Origin: an uncultured SAR86 cluster bacterium
GTDB taxonomy: Bacteria; Pseudomonadota; Gammaproteobacteria; Magnimaribacterales; D2472
DNA length: 64,000 bases
Direction of reading: 5' to 3'
NCBI GenBank assembly: GCA_902613705.1
Contig: CACMIG010000002.1
Location: forward strand, 47,207 to 111,206
Below the pieces are notes generated by a model. It was not told the DNA's origin. It did no database searches and was given only the letters and a program-made list of their open reading frames with translations. A program made the translations under genes and the position numbers. Positions 58,935 to 64,000 of the stretch are shown here, in pieces (positions within the stretch are counted from its first letter, which is position 1; each line of letters starts with the position of its first letter).

Positions 58935-59855
58935 TTAAGTTTTGGAGGATTCTCTATAAACCTGAACAAAAACAATAAGCAAAGACAGTATTCCGCCCAG
59001 GAGAGTACCTAAAATACAAATAACTGCTCTATTAGGTGCAGATTTTCTCTCAGGTACTATTGCCGAATCTAATGTTTTAAAAATATATTCTTTTTCAGAC
59101 GATGCAAGCATTAAAGTTTGCATTTGAGTTTCTTGAAGCTTCGCCACCACTTCTCTTATTGATTGAACATTTGTAGATTTTATTGATTCATTTAAAAAGT
59201 TGATAGAGTTTTGAGCTTTTGATTTATCTAATTCACGCATACTTTCATTAATGTTATAAATTACTATATCAACCCATTTTTTTGCAATAATTGGAGACCT
59301 GTGTTCAATTGATAACGTAACAAATCCCGTATCTGCATCATTAGTAATGTTAAGAATATTTTTATATTTTCTATAAGCTTCTTGATCTGAGGGAATAACT
59401 GTTTGAGGAAATGAAACTTTTCTTACCCACTTTCCAGTTTTATCATCAAACATTTTTTCATCATATATAAGAGTATTCCCATTTTGTATCCATTCATCAA
59501 GCGCCATTAAATTTTCAAGCTTTATATTTGACAGAAAAAACTTTGAAAAAAAGTCGAAAGACTTTATTCTTTTTATAGCTTCCTGAGATTTTGTAGCATT
59601 GCTTCCTGGTATCTCAACACCTGCAAAACTTGCTAATCCAGAAAAACTTCCAAGTTTTGAAGATAAAGAATCCTCTAGTGTTGTTGGAGCTAAAACTGCC
59701 GAGGATGTGTAAAGATTCGGTAGGCTTAAAGAATAAAATACTGAAAATATTGCTGCAATCGTTGTAAATGATAATACTAATGATTTTCTATCCCAAATAA
59801 TTAAAAATAGTTTTTTAAGATCTATCTCGTCTTCATATTTATTATTATTATTCAT
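58935..59855 (-). CDS. wzz: Chain-length determinant (Wzz/FepE family)
   Basis: EDEIDL N-terminus, two terminal TM helices, P..KSAPNRA.I..LG...GG. Confidence 0.85.
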   Translation of the reverse strand: MNNNNKYEDEIDLKKLFLIIWDRKSLVLSFTTIAAIFSVFYSLSLPNLYTSSAVLAPTTLEDSLSSKLGSFSGLASFAGVEIPGSNATKSQEAIKRIKSFDFFSKFFLSNIKLENLMALDEWIQNGNTLIYDEKMFDDKTGKWVRKVSFPQTVIPSDQEAYRKYKNILNITNDADTGFVTLSIEHRSPIIAKKWVDIVIYNINESMRELDKSKAQNSINFLNESIKSTNVQSIREVVAKLQETQMQTLMLASSEKEYIFKTLDSAIVPERKSAPNRAVICILGTLLGGILSLLIVFVQVYRESSKT

Positions 59856-59915
59856 ATTGAATTTATATATTGTAATAATTTGAATTAAAACTAATAAATA
59901 GCACTATCATTAAGG

Positions 59916-59935
59916 ATTTTAACATAATTTTAACA
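59916..59935 (-). promoter_or_regulatory. Tandem extended -10-like boxes upstream of wzz
   Basis: TGTTAAAAT occurs twice, 11 bp apart, on the minus strand. Confidence 0.3.
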
Positions 59936-59995
59936 GCGTGCTTAAGAGTCTGATTTTGGTTTAAAACATTTATTGAGAAAGGGTAGATAAATTTA

Positions 59996-60394
59996 TTATT
60001 TTTTATCAAGTTTACCCTCGTCGCGAAGCCTTTTTCTTATCTTTGTTGCGCTTATTGAGGAAATTGAATCCTCAAACGACTCTTCTTCAAATACATATCC
60101 TACACCCCTTCCATAAGTTATGTTCACTATATTGGGTACGAGCATAATTTCGTACTCAATACCTCTCTTGTAACCATCTGACAATAAGCCTGATTCTATA
60201 TTTTTGCATACTTGATCCCAATCAAAGGGATTATCATCCTGTCCTGCGCCGCCAGAAGCACCTTTTACATCTCTTACTTGGATAATAACTTGTCCGGTTT
60301 TAGCAATACATCTTTTGAAAAGTTCTTGATGACCATGATGCCATGGTTGCCATCTGCCAAGCATCTGAACAGTAGGCTTCTTCCAATCAAACAT
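59996..60394 (-). CDS. Small HIGH-motif nucleotidyltransferase (132 aa)
   Basis: GRWQPWHHGH, TYGRGVG, SISATKIR; ATG at 60394 overlaps the upstream kinase. Confidence 0.8.
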   Translation of the reverse strand: MFDWKKPTVQMLGRWQPWHHGHQELFKRCIAKTGQVIIQVRDVKGASGGAGQDDNPFDWDQVCKNIESGLLSDGYKRGIEYEIMLVPNIVNITYGRGVGYVFEEESFEDSISSISATKIRKRLRDEGKLDKK

Positions 60395-60800
60395 GTTTTT
60401 CCTTAATATCAAATGCAATATTAATATGGTTTTTATCATTCCACTCTTTTATATGGAAAGTGACATTTTTTGGGTTTTCAAATAATTTGTTCGTGTCCTT
60501 AAATCTTCCCTCTTTAATTGTATCCATCCATATGACAATGTCTGCAGCAAAATTTGATCTGGTATCTTTTGTAGGACAAACAAAGTCACAAATAACATAT
60601 CTTCCATGGCTTTTTTCAAAATCTGCAAATGTCCTCATTCTTTCAGATTGACGTAATCGTCCATTTTCAGAAAAATCCCAATCGTTAGCCATTTCCCTTA
60701 CTTTATCTGCATTATACCAAGCAGCTTTGAGCAAAGGCGCCAATCTTTCAGTAAGATATGTCTTTCCAGATCCAGGCAATCCCATTACTAAAATTTTCAT
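60387..60800 (-). CDS. Minimal adenylyl-sulfate-kinase-like (CysC-like) P-loop kinase
   Basis: GLPGSGKT, NADKVR, DFSENGR..Q..R, DFVCP...R, FENP. Confidence 0.75.
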   Translation of the reverse strand: MKILVMGLPGSGKTYLTERLAPLLKAAWYNADKVREMANDWDFSENGRLRQSERMRTFADFEKSHGRYVICDFVCPTKDTRSNFAADIVIWMDTIKEGRFKDTNKLFENPKNVTFHIKEWNDKNHINIAFDIKEKHV

Positions 60801-60886
60801 AATTTCTTTATATCATCTAATAAAAAAAAGATAGTTTATATCTTGTTAGTAATAAAAGATACTAATCTTACTGTAATAATATGAGA

Positions 60887-60973
60887 TGGTACCCGAGGCC
60901 GGACTTGAACCGGCACGATATTTCTATCGAGGGATTTTAAGTCCCTTGTGTCTACCAATTCCACCACTCGGGC
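60887..60973 (-). tRNA. tRNA-Leu(TAA)
   Basis: GCCCGAG...AGGGA-CTTAAAA-TCCCT anticodon arm, long variable arm, GTTCAAGTC, CCA end. Confidence 0.96.
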
Positions 60974-61001
60974 ACAATGATTTACATGCCATATATATTA
61001 A

Positions 61002-61075
61002 TGGAGGCTGAATCCGGAATCGAACCGGAGTGAACGGCTTTGCAGGCCGCTGCATAACCACTCTGCCATCCAGCC
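61002..61075 (-). tRNA. tRNA-Cys(GCA)
   Basis: GGCTGGA...GCGGC-CTGCAAA-GCCGT anticodon arm, GTTCGATTC, CCA end. Confidence 0.96.
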
Positions 61076-61145
61076 ATTAAAATTAAATCGCATTGTATAA
61101 CAGATTTTAACTATATGTTTTATATTTTATCTTATAAAGATAATA

Positions 61146-61901
61146 TTATTCTCTTTCAATATCATCCTCGACGCACTCCTCTCCATACTGGATTTCTATG
61201 AGATGACATTTTTCATCATAAGGATTTGATATTTTGTGCCACTCACCCATGGGCACTAAATAATGATCAAATTTATTTAATTGAATACTTTTTTTGTTCT
61301 CTGGATTTTCTTTGCTATAGCTAACTATGCATGAGCCTTTACTTACCATCCAAATTTCATGTCTTTTAAAATGTTTTTGAAAGCTCATACTTTTGCCTGG
61401 ATCAACTATAAGCTCTTTAACTTTTACATCACCGTCTTCAAAAAGATTATAGAAAGATCCCCATTTTCTTTCTTCAAAATAATACTGCCACTTTTTGAGC
61501 ATCCATGAGGAAGAATTTTTTTTATCGTCGCCTCCAACACTAAATAGAAATTCGATCTCGTCAACCTCCATCTCAGGTATATTTCCTTCTTTCCTATCTC
61601 CTCCGTTTGCAAAGGCAATTTCATCATTTGGATACATTTTTTTTACTTTAACCAATGCTTGAGATGCGCTTCCATGATCATCATCTTCAAAATCAATTAC
61701 AGAATCAACAAACGAAAGATTCTCAATAATAGATTTCCTTTCTTCAAATGGCATAAAAAACTTACCTTTCTTTTTTATTAACCAATCATCGCTATTTAAA
61801 GCAACAATAAGAATGTCTCCAAGATATCTAGCTTCTTTAAAATAAGATATATGTCCTGAATGTAAAGGATCAAACCCTCCACTTACAACTATAACTTTCA
61901 T
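61146..61901 (-). CDS. RfaE-II/TagD-like nucleotidyltransferase fused to a mannose-6-phosphate-isomerase-type cupin
   Basis: SGGFDPLHSGH, VALNSD, FANGGDR, KNSSS; then WG, SFQKHFKRHEIW, IEIQYG..C.EDDIER. Confidence 0.85.
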   Translation of the reverse strand: MKVIVVSGGFDPLHSGHISYFKEARYLGDILIVALNSDDWLIKKKGKFFMPFEERKSIIENLSFVDSVIDFEDDDHGSASQALVKVKKMYPNDEIAFANGGDRKEGNIPEMEVDEIEFLFSVGGDDKKNSSSWMLKKWQYYFEERKWGSFYNLFEDGDVKVKELIVDPGKSMSFQKHFKRHEIWMVSKGSCIVSYSKENPENKKSIQLNKFDHYLVPMGEWHKISNPYDEKCHLIEIQYGEECVEDDIERE

Positions 61902-61905
61902 GATA

Positions 61906-62448
61906 TTAAAAATGTTTAAACGAATTCATTGTATAAATTATCCCTGTATATATCGTCACAAATAATGACATAACAAGAAAAAAATCACTAATTACAACTA
62001 TAAGCATGTTATTCATCGCTAATCCTAGTAAATAAATACTAATCGTAAAAAGTTGAACGGAAGTTTTAATCTTTGCAAGAAAAATTACCTTGGTAGCCTG
62101 AATATTATTGTTTCTTGAATTCATATCTCTCAAAGCACTTACCCATATTTCTCTTGAAATAATACATGCGGAAACAAAACCTATTAAATAACTTGATAGA
62201 TTTACAGAAAGTCCAAGAAGAATAAAAACAATTAAAATTTTATCTGCTATTGGATCCATAATTTCACCAATTTGTGATGTTGCGTTATATTTTCTTGCCA
62301 AAAAACCGTCAAAGTAATCTGATAAACTAGCAATAAAAAAAAGTATCAAGGCAAATATATAATAATTATCTAGAGTCAGTAGACCGAAAATAACTATTGC
62401 AATAATAATTCTTGCAAATGTTAGTAAATTAATTAAATAAGTTATCAT
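61906..62448 (-). CDS. pgsA: CDP-diacylglycerol-glycerol-3-phosphate phosphatidyltransferase
   Basis: NLLT..R, DYFDGFLAR...G...DPIADK; follows uvrC. Confidence 0.9.
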   Translation of the reverse strand: MITYLINLLTFARIIIAIVIFGLLTLDNYYIFALILFFIASLSDYFDGFLARKYNATSQIGEIMDPIADKILIVFILLGLSVNLSSYLIGFVSACIISREIWVSALRDMNSRNNNIQATKVIFLAKIKTSVQLFTISIYLLGLAMNNMLIVVISDFFLVMSLFVTIYTGIIYTMNSFKHF

Positions 62449-64000
62449 TTTAATTTATTCATAATTCGATTTGCTATTTTCTCATTAATGCCCTCAACAG
62501 TCATCAAATCTGAAATGCTTGCTGACTTTAAGTTCTTAATACTTTTGAAATTTTTAATTAATCTTGATTTTAATACAACTCCGATTCCTTTGATTGCGTC
62601 TAACTCTGATTTATAAACTGTTTTCCTTTTTTTCTTTCTTTGTGCCTGAATAGCAAACCTATGAGATTCATTTCGCATTTCCTGTAAAACTAAAAATGCT
62701 TTAGAATTTTTATCAAGTTCTAAAATTCCCTCTTTGCTCAAAATAGTCTCTGTTGCTCTGATTCTATTGCTTCCTTTTACAATAGATATAGCTTTAAGAT
62801 TTTTATGATTTGACTTTTCTAATACAGAATTTACATACTTTAATTGAGTTTTGCCACCATCAATTAATAAAAGATCTGGTTTAATTTGAGAATCTTCAAA
62901 GTATTTTATTCTTCTTTGTAAAACATGCTCTATAGAACCAACGTCATTTCCTGATAGATAATTTGGAATATTAAAAAGTCTGTAGCTTTTCTTTTCTGGA
63001 CCTTCTTTAGAAAAAACTATACAAGATGCTACACCATTTTCACCAGATATATGACTAACATCATATGCCTCAATTTTATTTATTTCTTTTTTTCCTACAT
63101 AGCCACTTAGTTCGTTTAATGCAAATGTGTATTTATCTTGTTTACTGATATGATTTTTAATAACTTGCTTTGCATTCAATTTACACAGATTAAATATTGG
63201 CCTAATAGATTTGTTAGGGGAATGAATAATTTTTACTTTTTTTTGGTGTTTTGTCAGGAACATTTGTTCAAGAATTTTCTTATTATCTATTTCGTTTGCA
63301 CACAAAATACTTTTTGGTATGTCTATTTGGTTTTCATAAAAATTAAATAATGCGCTTTGATATACTTCGTCTAAAGAACTATAAAATGCATTTTTAATTA
63401 AATGTGTTTTTGTTCCTCTAATTTTTCCATTTCTTACAACAATAATCGAAATACCAAGATAGTTCATTTCTTTGCTTACTGAGATGATATCGGTGTCTCT
63501 CGCAAGAGTGACTACTGATTGCTCCTCCCTTAAAAGACTTAATCTTCTTAAACGATCTCTAATTTCAGCAGCTTTTTCAAATTGGAGCATTGATGATGCT
63601 TTCTCAATTTCTCGAGTTAATCTTTGAATAGTTTTAGTATCCGAAGATTTTAAAAATGATTGAGCTCCGATAATGTCTTCAAAATAATCAGCTTTATTTA
63701 TTTTTTGAACACAAGGTGCTGAGCATCTTTTCATTTGAAATTCAATACATGGCCTTGTTCTATTTTGAAATGTATTGTCGCTACAATTTCTGACTCTAAA
63801 AATTTTCTGTATTTCTTTGATGGATTTTTTTACAGCTTCGGAGCTTACAAAAGGACCAAAATATTTTTTATCAACACTTTTTTTAGTTCTTTTGGAATAA
63901 ATCCCTGGATATTCATGATCCAATGAAAAATATACATAAGGATATGTTTTGTCATCTCGCAAAAGTATATTAAATTTTGGTTTATTTTCTTTGATTAGCA
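62445..64000 (-). CDS. uvrC: Excinuclease ABC subunit C, 5' end outside the window
   Basis: PKFNILLRDDKTYPY, FGPF, FEKAAEIRD, IEAYDVSH, PDLLLIDGG, ESHRFAI, C-terminal HhH. Confidence 0.97.
   Translation of the reverse strand, partial: LIKENKPKFNILLRDDKTYPYVYFSLDHEYPGIYSKRTKKSVDKKYFGPFVSSEAVKKSIKEIQKIFRVRNCSDNTFQNRTRPCIEFQMKRCSAPCVQKINKADYFEDIIGAQSFLKSSDTKTIQRLTREIEKASSMLQFEKAAEIRDRLRRLSLLREEQSVVTLARDTDIISVSKEMNYLGISIIVVRNGKIRGTKTHLIKNAFYSSLDEVYQSALFNFYENQIDIPKSILCANEIDNKKILEQMFLTKHQKKVKIIHSPNKSIRPIFNLCKLNAKQVIKNHISKQDKYTFALNELSGYVGKKEINKIEAYDVSHISGENGVASCIVFSKEGPEKKSYRLFNIPNYLSGNDVGSIEHVLQRRIKYFEDSQIKPDLLLIDGGKTQLKYVNSVLEKSNHKNLKAISIVKGSNRIRATETILSKEGILELDKNSKAFLVLQEMRNESHRFAIQAQRKKKRKTVYKSELDAIKGIGVVLKSRLIKNFKSIKNLKSASISDLMTVEGINEKIANRIMNKLK

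Larger units (their letters stand above)
9650..60800 (-). other. Surface-polysaccharide (O-antigen/capsule) biosynthesis island
   Basis: More than 40 contiguous sugar-biosynthesis, modification and transferase genes bounded by tRNA-Leu and infC. Confidence 0.9.

Noticed and set aside
59856-59995. JUMPstart/ops element upstream of wzz
   Set aside because: No GGCGGTAG-type match found on the coding strand.
60801-61145. Prophage or integrative element at tRNA-Leu/Cys
   Set aside because: No integrase or phage structural genes, and I saw no duplicated tRNA 3' end (att site) by eye.
4784-63926. Many 60-120 aa ORFs antisense to or nested in long genes (e.g. 4784, 8435, 20072, 34123, 53830)
   Set aside because: They overlap well-supported genes, show no recognisable motifs, and are the expected reverse-frame shadows.

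Overview
This is an AT-rich, densely packed bacterial window. Gene content and streamlining suggest a marine gammaproteobacterium, possibly SAR86-like; that taxonomy is inference only. Almost everything is on the minus strand. A ~51 kb surface-polysaccharide island (9.65-60.8 kb) lies between two core blocks: uvrC-pgsA-(NTase/cupin)-tRNA-Cys-tRNA-Leu on the right and infC-rpmI-rplT-pheS-pheT-ihfA on the left. Further left are group-4-capsule-like export genes (SLBB protein, YjbH/GfcD, a Pro/Thr-repeat YjbE/GfcA-like protein), tRNA-Pro(GGG) and a partial carboxylesterase. The island reads as a series of modules: three separate CMP-ulosonic-acid modules (one NeuB/heptose-based, two HpcH-aldolase-based); a candidate dTDP-3-deoxypentose pathway; a CapK-ligase/HisC-aminotransferase fusion plus phosphatase next to HexNAcA synthesis (candidate uronamide pathway); and a sulfotransferase-glycosyltransferase fusion together with a very small APS-kinase + HIGH-motif nucleotidyltransferase pair that may be a minimal PAPS-making system. 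Other oddities are a doubly truncated PheRS, probable non-ATG starts (infC, ABC flippase) and one homopolymer-associated gene split. I saw no integrase, IS element, CRISPR array or rRNA. All functional calls come from motif recognition by eye, without database searches.
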